A stretch of 64,000 nucleotides of DNA from Promethearchaeia archaeon (GTDB taxonomy: Archaea; Asgardarchaeota; Lokiarchaeia; Sigyniarchaeales; SOKP01): the NCBI GenBank assembly GCA_029856145.1, contig JAHQWK010000008.1, positions 1 through 64,000 on the forward strand. Direction: 5' to 3'. A model generated the notes under the pieces. It saw only the letters and a list, made by a program, of their open reading frames with translations. It made no database searches and was not told where the DNA came from. The translations under genes were made by a program, and so were the position numbers. This document shows, in pieces, positions 31,201-46,200 of this stretch. Every line of letters starts with the position of its first letter. Within the stretch, counting starts at the first letter, position 1.

Positions 31201-34200
31201 TCAAGGTAGAAAAGGTATCTTCGGATAGCCCTGCAGTTCAAGGCGCCTCTATGGAGGAACTTGAGGATGTCCTTTTAGATTGGGACCAATATATTTCCAC
31301 TTATAAGGATGAATATGGAATCTTTGGCTTCGAATACACCTATGAACTTCCTGTCGTAAGTAGAGAATCTTTACAATCGCTCCAATTAGCTTTTGATGCC
31401 ACATTATCCTCGACCTCATTTGTTCAAGAATATCCTCTATCTATCCAATTATATAACTTCGAAACCAGTCAATGGGAGAGTATTCCTCTAGCGGCCTTAG
31501 ACGGAATTTATACATATAATGATGATAAATTAGATTATGATTTCTGGAGGTGGACTCCTAATAATGAATCAACAGATTCTATGGTTAAATTTGAGGTTGG
31601 TGAAATCACATTAGATGACACCATTGACCAAAGTGAAAGTGAATCGATCACTTTCGAAAATATTTATAACAATCCTGTAGTGGTTGCCTATATTAAATCA
31701 CGTGATAACGACGAATCTGTAGATGTGCGTGTAAAGGACGTTACCTCAACTGGTTGTACCATCTTTATGGAAGAGCCAGATAACGGAGCTCATTCAAGTG
31801 GCGAATCAGTAGGATATATGGTTATTGAAGCAGGTGAATGGGAATTCCCAGACGGGACTGAAATTAAAGCTGGAACGGTCAGTACTGACATTGATCATTA
31901 TTATGGGGGATCAACTACAGTAGGAGTTCAAGTAAGTTTTGATACTGCATTTAGTGCAACTCCAGTTATTTTACACACGTTAAACACTTATGAAAATGGA
32001 GCATTTAAATCTACAGCTTCTCATACAATTTCTTCTAGTTCCTTTAAAGTATGTCAAGAAACCGCAGAGACAGGTATTTCTACAAGCACAGAGACGATTG
32101 GTTGGATTGCAATTGAATCAGGAAAAACAGGAACATTCCAAGGTGTCAAATATGAAACGGGAAGAGGAAATGATGGAAATAAAGATGGCTTTGATGACGA
32201 TGGTCACACATTTACATTCTCTCAATCATTTAGTTCTGCTCCCATAATTATTACCAAACAGAATTCATTAAACGCTGGCAATGGCGCATGGGCTCGTTCT
32301 TATGGCACTCTTTCTTCAAGCTCTCATATTACATGTTCCGAGGAAGATCAAGTAGGGGATTCAGAACGTAGTCATAATGATGAGACCTTTGGATTTATAG
32401 CATTTGAAGAATCTTTATACTCCATAGGATCTACAGATGATCGATTTAGGCCAATATGGGGAACTCAAAATGTTGAAAGTATTAATACAGTATCCTATGG
32501 TCAGACTTTTCCAAGTAGTATAGATAACGACGGAAATCTTGTTATCGATAATTCTCTAAAACAAGGAGCAAATTTTCTGGTCAATACAAAAGATAATAGT
32601 TCCGTAAATAACTTTTTTTCAGATAGTTATAAATTCTTAACATTTGATACTTCTGGATATGATGCAAGTAAGTATCAGTTAAAAAATATCATTATTAATA
32701 TTACAAATTTCTACACCTCTGCAAGCGACTTTCCCTCTTACCAAGATTCACAGAGTTTTGCACTCAAGAACTTTTATGAGGAATTTTTAAATGATCTTCA
32801 CGAGTTTAAGATTCGCGTTATAACGCAAAAAGAAAATGCTCAAGATGAAGATGCGTTAGCTTATCTCTGTATTGGCGATTTTAATACATACACTCAAACT
32901 ACAACTAATTATTTGAATTATGAAGAGTTTGAGTCGAATGCTATTCAAGGATACCATGTAAGCGATAAATTAGAGTTTACAGAAGATGGTATACAGTTAA
33001 GTGGGATGAGCGGGTTTAACACTAAAGACGCTCCTGAGACTCAGAAATTTAGAGATAATTTCCAGACATCCACATGGAACTTACTAGGCGCATCCGAACC
33101 AGATATCATCTTTACAGAATCAATTGAGCAGGATGCGATGACACGTTCCTTACATCCAAATTCGAATTATAATAGTCAAGAGTTCGATTTATCTTCATTT
33201 AAAATTTCAAATCCTTTTACCTATTGCTTATGGCAGGATACCATAATTAAAGGAACAGAGATCGCCTCATATCCAGATGATACTCGATATGATGATATTA
33301 CATATCAAATATATGGTGCAAATCTATACGGAAGTAATTATGAAATACAAGTTCAGGATAATTATGATTTTGAAGGGGCTAAAACATGGGATCTTGAATA
33401 TCTTATGTTTACTGATATAAATGTCGATTCTATTAAGCTTTATTCTGATTCTGGCACTATTGATGAGACTATTAATGGTAATACATTAAGTGGTACAGCA
33501 CGTGTAGAAGATTTGAAAGAATTATATATTAGCACTACTGACAACTTAGATCATGAGATATCTGTAGATCTTCTGATTTATACAACCGTAGTGGAAGAAT
33601 ATGAGACGTATATTGAAACTCAATCATTTAACTACAATTATTTAACATCGGGTAATAATGATATGCGTGAACTTATCGTTACACGTCCTTCAAGCTTAGT
33701 CTATCAAGGCCCATATATTTATGTATATTCAACTGGAGGTTTTGATGAAACTATTGTTACTTGGAATAGCCGCCCAGCAACTTATGATCTTCTATCACAA
33801 GCAGAGGGTTTGGACGATAGCACTCCTATTACATTCCCAATTAACTTAGGGAAGATTACTGAGAATAATTACTTCAAGATTGATGCTACAGATGGAGGGA
33901 TTGATTATTATAACGATCCTCCCGTAAGATTCACAATAGGCAAAAAACATCAAGAAGGAAGCTTAATGTACATGCAAACCAACATTACTGAAACGCTTAA
34001 GCTTAAGAGCGCTGTCTATCCTTCAAGTACCATAATAACAAAAAACGATCAAATTGTCATTGATTGCAAGGCAGCTACAAATAGTGAAGTTATATTGACT
34101 CTATTTAGTGAGGGTGAGTTTGTGCGTAATTTCACTGTTATAGAGCAAGGAAATCAAGATTACTCTTCACAAATTTTAGTATTTACGACAAATGAGACTA

Positions 34201-37200
34201 TTCAGTTCGATCAATTACAATTTACTAGTACACTTGGAAAAGAACAGTATTTTGTCGTTCATTCGATTGATGTGATTGCCGGAGCAAGTGTTATTGATGC
34301 TAAATTATGGACCTATGACTTTACTGGGCGAAATTTATATTCATCTAATACTGTAGAGGAAACTTCATCTAATTTTGCTCTTTTTCAAGATAATTTGTAT
34401 TATAACCTAACTTCGGGCTGGATTAATGATCAATATGAAATCCAAATTGAGTTCGAATTTATACTTCCAGAATCAGAAATGACTGATGTCGATAAAATTG
34501 ATATTAATTTAGTAGGAACGGGGACTGGCGTTTCATTAGGAGGTGCTAAATTTAAATATTTGAATTTAGCGACAGGTCCATATGAGAAAATTGAGTATAC
34601 AAACACAGGTGACACTTACACATTCTCAATCGATAATGTTCAAAAGATATTTGATAGCAGTAGTGCCACATATCAAGTTCACTTCTTAATAACTTTAGGT
34701 TCTTCTGATATTTTCACAGTTCATATAGATAGTGTTAATGCAATTACATATAAGGAGTGGTCTGCTCAACATGATTTATACAGAGCTTCATTTGTGTTTG
34801 AAAGGATACATAGCAATAATAACGCTAGTGTAACCATTGCCGTAAGTGATGAGATTTCATTGACCATAGAAGATTCAAAATTGTATATAAACGGTTATGA
34901 TAACATTATGTCTTTCTATTATAATTGTACTGAACAGCAATGGCACGCATATTTAAATGAAGAAACTACTGATTTACTGGTCAATGCAACAGAGAGTGAA
35001 CCTACACCAAAATTACGCATAGAATCCAACTACAATTCTACCAGTTACGGTATTATTGTAAAATCAATTGAATCGCAATATTATAAGAGAGTTCGCGATT
35101 CTGCTGATTTCGAAGAATATAAATCTGTCCTTGCGAGTTATAGAGCAGTCCAAGGACACGGAGAGGTAATAGAGCTTGATTCCCGAGATGCCAATATAAC
35201 CCCTGAGAACACCTTTGCTCAAGTATGTGCTGATGTTGATATTATATATTCTTTTCATGATGATATGCAAGAAGAAAATATTTTTTCATATGAATTAATA
35301 CCCACTTTTAGTTCAAGTTCTTTTGATAATCTAACTTCAGTAGTATATGATGAGACTGGGTTTATTTTTAGTTCCGTATCTGATCTTACAATCTACAATG
35401 TAACTTCTGTTGATGGTGATGTTACTAAGACATCTGGAGATTTATCAGATTTAAATGAAAAAGATGATTATAATTGGGTTAAATTTGATTCAGCATGGAA
35501 TACTGAAAGGTATGATAACTCCCCTGAATTTTATAAAACCCCCTCTGGAGCTTCCGGCTCTCCTTCAGAACCCGATGATTGGGATATTAGGGACGAGGGC
35601 ACCTGTAGAGAATATACTGTTATTTCTGGAACATCTTCTGTAAAAGCAGAAGATATATTTTCTTTTAATGGTCTACCAAGTTGGGCAGGTTCAGCAAAAG
35701 ATAAAGAAATTGAAGTGAAAATTTGGTGGGATGACAGTATCGGAGCTACTTTGAAATATTGTAAACTTTATGTTATGGATTGGGGTGATCCTTATGACAC
35801 TGATGACACCTATGTAGAAAAAGCTAGCTTTTACGAAGCTCAATGGGATACTAGGACTATTTCTCTTGCATCGGGCAATATTAATAGATGGCTTGATTAT
35901 AATACAAAACTCTATCAGACAAAAATCAAAATTGAAACGTATGTTGAAGCCAGTCTTCTCCCTGCACTGGATGTAAATATCGAATACCTTTATTTAGATT
36001 TTAAAAAAGATGATAAAGATACTTCTGCCGTTGAGTTTGAGTTTGACGATCTCATAAACGGAGAAAATGATTTCTATGTCTATTTTAGGGGGAAGACTGA
36101 CGGCTTAGACTTTACATCTAAATTACTCATCGACGGTGTGGAAAAACTTTCCTTCAACAACACTTTTGAAGAATATGCGGGATTTGTTAGTGATGTTGAT
36201 TCTATTAAAGTATGGATTGCTGATGATGGAGAAATCTATCACCCCTCATTAGATAACAGAGAAGTCATTTTGGATTATCTGGTGGTAAAATGGGTAAATG
36301 AAGATATCAATTTTACTGTGTATAATAAGGATTCAATCTTGCTTAATTCTTCACTTTCCCATACACAAGCAAGCTCAACTCCAATTGATAGAGGGTTTGT
36401 TGAATATAATCAATATTTTGGGAAAAACACTCTTCATTTCACGCTTAAAAATAGTATCCAGACACCAATTTTTGGGAGGAATAACAGCTTAATTTATGCA
36501 GATCTTGACCTTACCGATTTAGACCTTGATTTCACTCTCTTTCCAGACGAATCCTACGAAGATTTTCCTACAGAACATCAGAACGTAGAAGGAAAGAATT
36601 CAACTCAATATAATACAGATATTCTTAAAGATTATAACGAATACAGTAATAGCAGATTCAAGAACTCCGCTATAGACGATATTCAAATCCCTTTAATGAC
36701 TCCTATTGAGATGGATTTTGGAGATATTAACCTTGATGATTTTTCTGATATTGATTTAGAAATAGTTTTAGATTATGGCCTTGCACTTCAGAATAGAGCG
36801 AAAAATAGCGAGTGGAGTTGGAGGTTCAGGTTAATTTATTATAATTATACTTCAGGGGCTTGGGAAGACTTTAAAGGGCTTTTAAGAGCAAAAAACATGG
36901 GATATGAACGTTCCGTATGGGATCCTTCAAAGAACTTTGCAATGTACCTTCAAAATCCAGAAGTGAATGATTTCATTCCTATTTTAGATGATAACGACAT
37001 TCAGCTAAAGAATCCAATTCTCATTGACAGTATTACCAACGACACATTATCGGATGGAATATTCAAATTGGCGTTTGTATCCTATATTTTACCTGGTAAT
37101 CTATCCATTATGGGTGAGATTTACCAAGGCGAATGTTTCTCATATGAACGTGAAGACCCACTAGTTCCTATTAGTATTTCCCAGACGGTGAATATGCTTG

Positions 37201-40200
37201 AATGTATTCTTATAAGTGAATCTAGAGAAATAATATATCCTGAATCATCTGTAGTTGTTAACTTAGAATTAAATGAGAATTTAAAAGCTAATTTAAGCTC
37301 CATTTCCAATTTAGGAGAAATTGTTGCGGTAAAAGGGAGATATATTGATAATAAAGAGATTTTATACGAATATCCAATTCATTCCTATTGGGTCACTGCT
37401 GAAGACGAGCTTGCTTTTAATTCTCCAATGAAATACTTGTTTACTAATGTTACTATTGAGTATGTACCTCAACTTGCTCTTAATTATAACGCTACTGACG
37501 GATATTGGTATTTACCCAATAATGTATTTATAGCAAGTAGGAACTTTAGTCAACCGTTCTTTGTGAGTTCCTTATGCGTAAATAATACCTTCTACGGCAC
37601 ATATATCCATCCAGATGTGGACGTGGGATACACAGTCGGATTTTTAGGTAATCGAACGTATGTGAAATTTGCTGAAAATATTCACCCAGATTCCACAGTA
37701 AAAGGGGCAGTTCATTTTGCTAAAGTTGGATATAAATATCTCTATAAATTCTCCTTAAAAGATGAGCTATTATACTCCTATAATATATTAAATGAAGATA
37801 CTCCGTTAATTGACGGTATATTCCATATAGAACTCAATGCGGGATTTAAGGATGTAATTTATTCTGAGCTCTCCCAAGTTGCCTGTGAAGATTATCAATT
37901 ATTTATTAATATCACTCGTGTTGATACTTACACCGGTGAGACAAGATCTATCGGGTATTCCAGCATTGAATTAGACAGTAGTCTATTAGGGTATCATCTA
38001 TATAATTTAGATGTTAGCTTAGATGAATTTACCTTTGTTTCTAATGGAAGAGATCTACTAAAAGAAGCAATTACTCGAGGAACACATTATGATTTACAGG
38101 TTACTCTAGAAAGTTCTATTAGTAATTGTATTGTTGATGGTCATTTATTCAAAGGGATGTATGCTCATGAACTTCTTATTGCAAGTTTTGAAATAAAGAC
38201 AGAAGAATCAGAAATGAAATTTAATGGAGACCAAGTACAAACTCCGTATATCCCAATACCTCAAAAGAGTATCATTCTTGCCAGATTAGATACCGCGATG
38301 TACCAATTTAGCGATTTGGATTATAGTTTCGATTTTCTTATTGACGCTATCCGTACTGAAAAATACGCCCTTTATGAGAATATAGATTATATTTTTGATT
38401 CAAGCCAAAGCACAATTATCTTAATAGGCGAGTATAGAGATTATTCTGGGTATCTTTTTGCGGATATAACCTATAAAGCATTTGAATGGAAAGAAGGTTC
38501 TGTTTCGAGTCTGGAACCTATAACACTTACATTTGATAACGATTATGGCAGAAATATTTCAAAATTCTTAGAATTTTCCTTACAATATAATTTAATCCCT
38601 GGATATGAGTTAGAAAAAGTTGACTATACCTCTGGAAGATTAGTGCTGGCAAATGAAGAAAAAAGTTCTGCGTTAATGAATATCTATTTATATAACTTTA
38701 ATGATAATAAATGGGATAAAATTGAGTTTGTTGTATATGACGACTATACGGGAACAAATACCTTCTCGTATGTTGTCGATAGAAACTTTATCACATTTGA
38801 GGATTACTTTAATAAAACAACGGGAGATGAATTTGAAGTTAAAGCTGTTCTTGCCGTAGAAGAGGTTATAGGTGATTATTTTGTATCGCAAGCAAGTTTC
38901 GGGATCACCTCTATTAACGCAAGTATCTATTATGATACTCCTGATACGGAACATACTATAAACCCAGAAATTGAATTTGATGTTGACCTTACCGAATTCT
39001 TTACAGGTGACTCTAAATATTTAGAACAAATAAAAGTAGATTTACAATTTTCAGGAGAGATTGAATTTGATTCCGCTTTTATCTTCTCTCAATATGCTTT
39101 GTTAGAAGAAAATTATAATTTTTATATAAGAAATAAATATCTCGATTTTGAACAGTTTACATTAGAAGATAATACAATTATTCTTTCACGAGAAGAAATT
39201 AATCGCCTAATATTCCATGATATTGAAAATGAAAAATATTACTTACGTGCAAAATTAGAGTATGATTGGACCTGTATTCTTGAGATGAATCTTGGAAGTA
39301 ATTCTAGACTTGAAATTGTTTCTACTCTCAACTTAATTAAATATGATCTATCAGCTTCCTACACTTCATACGAGACCACAAGAATTTCAGCTCAAGAAAT
39401 TGATACTCCGTATGATCTCTGCGAGATAATTGCTCCAGACTATATTGAGACTGATTCAGGTATTTCTGTTTTAGAGAGCGATAATGAAATTGATATTGGT
39501 ATTTTTGGAGGTTTTCTAAGAAATGCAAATACACGACAGAGGTTAATGGTAAGACAGCAATTATATTATACATTCAATGAAAGTACTTCTGGACCACAAG
39601 CGATTTTATTAGATCAAGAATACACCGATGCGATTTTACGGTTTTTGATTCCGCTTGGATATTTAGAGCAGCCATATACTTATTTGATAAATAAGACATA
39701 TTTTACTTTTATAACTGATTTTGAGGTTATAGATGTAAAACTATACCGTTATAATGGTGTTTCAGACGTATTTGTGGCAAATATGACTCCTCATTCAACA
39801 AAAGTAGGTATATTTGAATATACATGGGACGACGTTGAAGGGGATACTGAAACAACTTCTGGTGATACAGTGGAGCTCATGTTCCTCTTAACTGATGTTT
39901 TTGAAAACACTGGAAGTTATCGTTATAATTTTACAACCGATTTCAATCCACCTAATCCAGAAATTTCAATAGGAGACGGTTCAGAAAGTTTTGAAGATTG
40001 TACGGCAGATCCTACCACATCTCTTACGTTTACTCATACTGAGGAAGGATTATACACCGAATATTATAGAATTATTGATAATATGTTAGGTAGTACAACC
40101 GATTGGATTAAATTTAACTCAACTGAGCTTCTTATTTTAGATGATTTAGCTATTCTACCAGAGAACTTTACAATTGAATATAACGTTATCGATGCTGCGG

Positions 40201-43200
40201 GAAATGAGAATATTACTTCAATTTATAATTATAATTATCAATACATCACATTTTCAAGGGAAAAATCAATTACCCTTACCGACGATACTATTGATTTGAA
40301 CGGATTTTCTAATAGAGAGATTTCCTTTACCGATACAGGACAGTTTAATAACAGCCAGAATTTAGATGTCTATATTAACGGATTTAGATATGGTACTGCC
40401 TACTTAGATTCTGGCTCATATAGGCTTTCATTCGGCAACGAGAATTCTAAAGAGACTTTGATTGCTTACTCCGACTCATTACTGTCAGACTACATTTATT
40501 CTAATATCAATCCTCTCAACCATATCAGTTGGGAAGTTAGAGAAGATGAATACTATGCTATAGTGAAACATGTGCTTGTGGATAGCGATATTGTCATCAC
40601 CAATCCTCTTACTTATAATATTACGACTGAATTTGAATTGGAACACCTTTATAACAGAGGTTTTGGATTGTCAGACTATATGAGGATAAAGCAAGTATAT
40701 TATATCAACGCTTCAGACGGTAGTAAGATTCCTCTCACTTTAGGTCCTGATTTTATCGTCTATGAGGAAACTGGAATTGTAGATTTCCCAGAGTATTCAG
40801 TTGTCTATAATTTATATGAGAGCATAAGTGAGGTTAAGGATGGAATCATTTATTTCGAGTATGACGCCTCTCCTTTTGCTGACCAATTACGACTTTCGAA
40901 TGCAGATGGTTTTTTCATCAACTTTACCATGCCTTCAGTGTATTATGAACATACAACAATCGAGAAACTTGTTATTAGTTTAAACGATTTTGCCGGCAAT
41001 TCTTTTGCAAAAGTCTATTATGATATTGATTTACGGCAATACTTCTTAGATAATGTAAAAGGTCAATATGAAGAAGATATTTTTGGTCTAGGTAAAATGA
41101 TGACCATTCCGTTATATATTGATCTGAATGAAATTGCAATTTCCAATATTGATAAACAATTTGATCTTAAATTATTAAAATCTGTTTCCATAACAGTTTC
41201 TGATCATGAAAGATGGCCAGGTTCATTTATTCAAAATTTTGAAAATTATTCTGTTATGAACTTACCTTATCAACGTATAGGAGTTAAAGATATCAAACTA
41301 TATAATTTGATTAGTGATACCATTGAAGCAGATGAACAAGGATATGTAAGCGCCTCTATTATGTTTAGAGCTTCCGATTATTATAATCTCTTTGCTGAAG
41401 CTGAGTTTAATATTAAGAAGCTTGATATTGAGTTTACAAACACTAAAGCTTACGCATATAACCAAGAGATTGACACTTCAGTTGATATGGAATATTCTGA
41501 TTTCATTGAGTTAAATTACCGTTGGAACAATTCTTTAGCTCAAGTATTGCTCAATGATATTGTATATTTGCCTGTGTCTATGATTAATGCCACTTCAGGA
41601 GAAGAACTTGGATATAGTACAGCAAATTGGATAACAAAATTTGATTATGATTCTTTATCAAATTATCTCACAAAATACTATTACTCGAAATTTGAAGTAC
41701 CAAAAACATTAGGCGAAATTGATATTTCCTTTAGCTCTCCGGGCACATCTCTTTTCAATATTACTTTCATAGATGCGCCTACAATTGCTTTAAATGTTAC
41801 TCAAGAATCTCTATCCACAGATCCTATTTATCTTCCAGAGACAGATTATGAGCTTGAGTACGGTCATACCTTATTACTTGAGGGAGCTATACTTGACAAC
41901 GATGAGTATTTAGTAGAAGATAAGGTATATAATTATAAGTATCAAGAAGCACTTGACGGAAAGACAACTCACGCCCTTGACATAGTCTCTCCTTATGGAG
42001 ATCCTGATTTTATTGATAGGGAAGAATTTGCAATTTATTATGTAAATGATGAATTAAAGATCCTTCCATTATTTTCAACGTTAAACGGTCGATATTTCAC
42101 AAATAAGACAATTTTAGATTATAATGAAGATCCCACTATAAGTTACATAGATAATTCATTTGTGCTCAATATTTACTGGAGAAAGAACTCTACAAATTTT
42201 ATTCATTATGATACGAATCTATTAATTACCCATAAAGTTGTCAATGGAAAACCAATTTCTCCAATTTCCTATAGCTCTCTTGATTCATTTGGAAACGATA
42301 AGCAGCAGAACCTAATGGAGATCCCTTTCGCGCGATATGATATGCTTACGAAGAACTGGGTTACTCAAGATACCTTCACTCAACAATTCCGTATTGATAA
42401 AGTGTTGCTTTTTGAGGATGTTGAGAGTTCTGGTACTACTATTAGGGGTCCTTCTTTCGAGGTCGGACAGAATAATATTACTACAGGGATTATCGATATC
42501 GGAGATATATATGAAAATAAAACCGATTCTGAAATATTTGAATTAGTAGATGAGGAAGAATATTCATGGTTAATTAATACGAATGGAGAACTTGTGGTTT
42601 CTGGATTGCCTTATGTATCAGGAGACACCTTCAAAATTTCATATTATGCATATTATCCTGTAGCAATACCCCACTCTCTAAACAGCCCAAGCTCTTCCAT
42701 CGTGTATATCAAAGTAATAAACAACTCAGGATATGAGTTTGAATTCGCTTTAAATACCGATTATAAGTTTTCTGAAGATGGGTATTCTGTGTATTTTCTC
42801 GATTTATACAACTCAATTATTAAAAGTGGTAATTTCTCTATTTTTAATACATTTGAGGTTAAATATACTGCCCCACTTACACGAAAAGTTGATTTATCTA
42901 CCAATATTTTATTGATGCTTCAAGATAATCTTGGCAATGATATTCCTATTGATGTTATTCCTATTGATAACTTAGGATTCTTTGAATATGAACAAGTTCT
43001 TCGAGAAGATAGCCCACTCTCGATCCCTCTTGGTGGGGGCAAGAAGCTTGTTCATATGCTCTTATCTTATTTACCATTAAGTGTCCATAACAAATCTTCT
43101 GGTACTTCCATTTCCATATCATATTCCGATCCTGAGTTCGGAAATATTTATCCATATATAGAGAGTAATAGTTGGGCAAAACCAATAACCATACTTACCA

Positions 43201-46200
43201 TCCCCGATAACGTCAAACTCACGATGGTTGAGGATCCATTAGATAATATTGTATTTAGTCAAAAATACTTTGAAGAGAGAGATTATGTATATAATTATAA
43301 TCCTATGGAAGCCTTAGAGGAAGGAGAAGAATATACAAAAGTGATGATTGATGCCCTTGTACAGCAAGAGTATACTTTTGCCTTTAAATTGACAACTGCT
43401 GAAGGAAAATCCATAAACAATTCAATAGTCTGGGCTCATATTGGTCTACTTCCGAAGAGTGAGAAGCAATTCCTAAACGATAGGATGGTTATTGAGGATC
43501 TTGGAATCTCACCATACTTTGAAGCCTTAGGTACCCAAGAAATCACCTTCATAGGTCCTGGTGAAAGTCCTAATAAGATGTTTGGAAAACCACTCCTATA
43601 TGAGACAGATGGCTATAATACTAATTACAGTGCGTACGGACCTTATTACTGGCTCTATTCCACCACCAATGAAAATGGTGAAGCTACATTTGAAGTTTCC
43701 TTTGACCAAGATTATCTTACCGACTTTACTGATATTTTCGGTTCACGCGAAGGGTTTGATTCAGTGGAGGATGTGGTCTTATATCTCCGTGTGTTTAATT
43801 CCTATTTTGACTGGGACGAATTTGAAATTGATACCCCTAATCAATACTTATGCTCAAAGGATGGTATGATCTATAATGGGTCTACCGCATTAAATAATTA
43901 TAACTTTGATAAATTAGCATTACAAGACTCTACATATGTAGAAGGACTAATCAGATTACATAAAAAAGATATTTCCGTAGCTACCAACGATTATTACAGC
44001 TACCAACTTCCTGATGCCGATCTTGGACAAAACTATGAACCTCTTACTTTGCATCTACGGGTTCATGAAGCAAGCCCAATTCCAAATGGCGAGGCTACAA
44101 ACATCGAATCCCTTACAAAAGTTTATACCAGTTCTGAATTAGAACCACTTCCAGTAAATATTCTAAAGGGAGATTACACATATTATGCCGCTATTCAATT
44201 CTATACCCCTTCGGGAACGTTAGTCGAGACGCTCTATAAAGCAATTGAACCTGCGTATAATGATGGTATTGTAGAGATTGACAATGAGACTGTATATACT
44301 ATTTTAGATAAGCTCGGTCCGGGAATTTCCACCCTTAAAATCCAAATATTAGAATCAGAATCATATAAAGCCTCACCTGTTATTATCATCCCTATCGAAA
44401 TTCAACCGTCAAATTGGATTAAATTTGGGCAAAAGAACTCCCAAATTGATTTAATCAATCCGTTTGTATCAGCATGGGGTGTTGCCTATAACGGCGCTGA
44501 CGAGATGCCTTTTGAATCGTGCTATCCACACTTGATCGGTAGTATGTGGGTTGAACCATTCTTCAATGCTACAGGTGGAGATGAGTCAATTCAAGATTAT
44601 ATTGATATTAATTTAGATTGTACTATCTATAATGATGATGGCACCACCAGTACCTTCCCATTACAAAGTAATATCATGCTACGTCCGGGTAATTGGGACG
44701 GTATTTTAACCTTCGATATCGGTCTAGGTCCTGAATCCGCTTTTCTGATGGGACTTCAATGCGATCTGAACTTATCATTTAGTATAGATTTCAATAGCGA
44801 CAAAATTTTTGAAGATCAGAGGGATGTGTCAATTTACCTATTAGATCTACGGTTAGAAGCCTATCCATCAAGCAGTACACCGATCACCACATGGTCAATC
44901 TATGATGATGGCTTTAGTGATACAACCATTAAAGTAAAGGAATTGGATACGGTAAGCACAAATACTGGCACATTAGACTTAGGAGGAACTCAAAGTGGGG
45001 TAGTGTATGGACAAGAAGTAGCATTCTTATTTGATAATAGCACTTTAGATTATGCTTTAAACGCCGAAAGTGAGCTGTTAAACCTACTAGCTCTTGACGG
45101 AATTGAAGTGATGAAAGTTGCCGGAATTAAAGATGGAGATGAATATAGTTTTATTAAAGACACAGATTATTCAATCCCATATGCTTCTTCTGGAATTCTA
45201 GCTAATGAATCTGCTATTAAATTCTTAGGAAACGATGTACCTGATGAAGGAACAGAATTTTCCATAACCTATAAGCTGAAATTTGATTTCGATACCAATA
45301 AGTATGGAGTTATTACATTAGGTTATACAAGTAATGAGAATGTAAGCTCCATTGAACTTCAATTACATGAAGACTTCTTGCCAACCAGTAATAGTTCCTA
45401 TTCACCATTATTCATTCAATTTACCGATAGATTTACAGGTACAGGCTCTCAGACCGAGTTTACAGTTAATTATGGGTTAAGCGGAGTATCTTCGTGGAGT
45501 AGTGATTATTTTGTTATTTACAACGAGCAAGAATTAATTGATAATTATGGCTCATTTACAAAAACAGTTTCTTCAGGAAGACCAAAATTAACCTTTTCCA
45601 CTGCTCCCCCAAATCAAGCAAAAGTAAATATTACCTATGGAATAAAATCACAATACAACTTATCATATGGATTCCAGAAAGTTGACAAACCATATAGTTC
45701 TTCTGTGAGGTTGATTCAAAATGATGATTATTCTCCAAGTATAAAAGATGAGGCAAATAATGAGTTAGCTACCTACTCACTTTCTGATCCCTCAATGTAT
45801 ATTTCTCTTGATGATTCTGCTGAAAAGACCCTTTTAAAACTGTTAAATATTCCATTGTTATATGATCCAGAAATTAATATGACTTTTGCTTTTGATGGCG
45901 TTCTTTTAGATTTAATTGATAGCTTTGACACTGATTTTAATAACCTTACTATCCAATTTAAATATATCACCAATGATGGATATTATGAATTTTATTCTGA
46001 TCCAATGGTTATTCCACTTGATTATTCAGAAATTTCTCCTGATATTGTAGACAATAGTTATGTTATTTATTATAATAAAGACCTTCAAGCCATCTATGAT
46101 ATGGTGGGTGCCAGCAGTTTTGATATTGAAATTATTTTAAGTCAAGTCGGAAGTAGCGATAATTATATTCCTTATATTTTATTAGAAGAGTTCGAGTACA

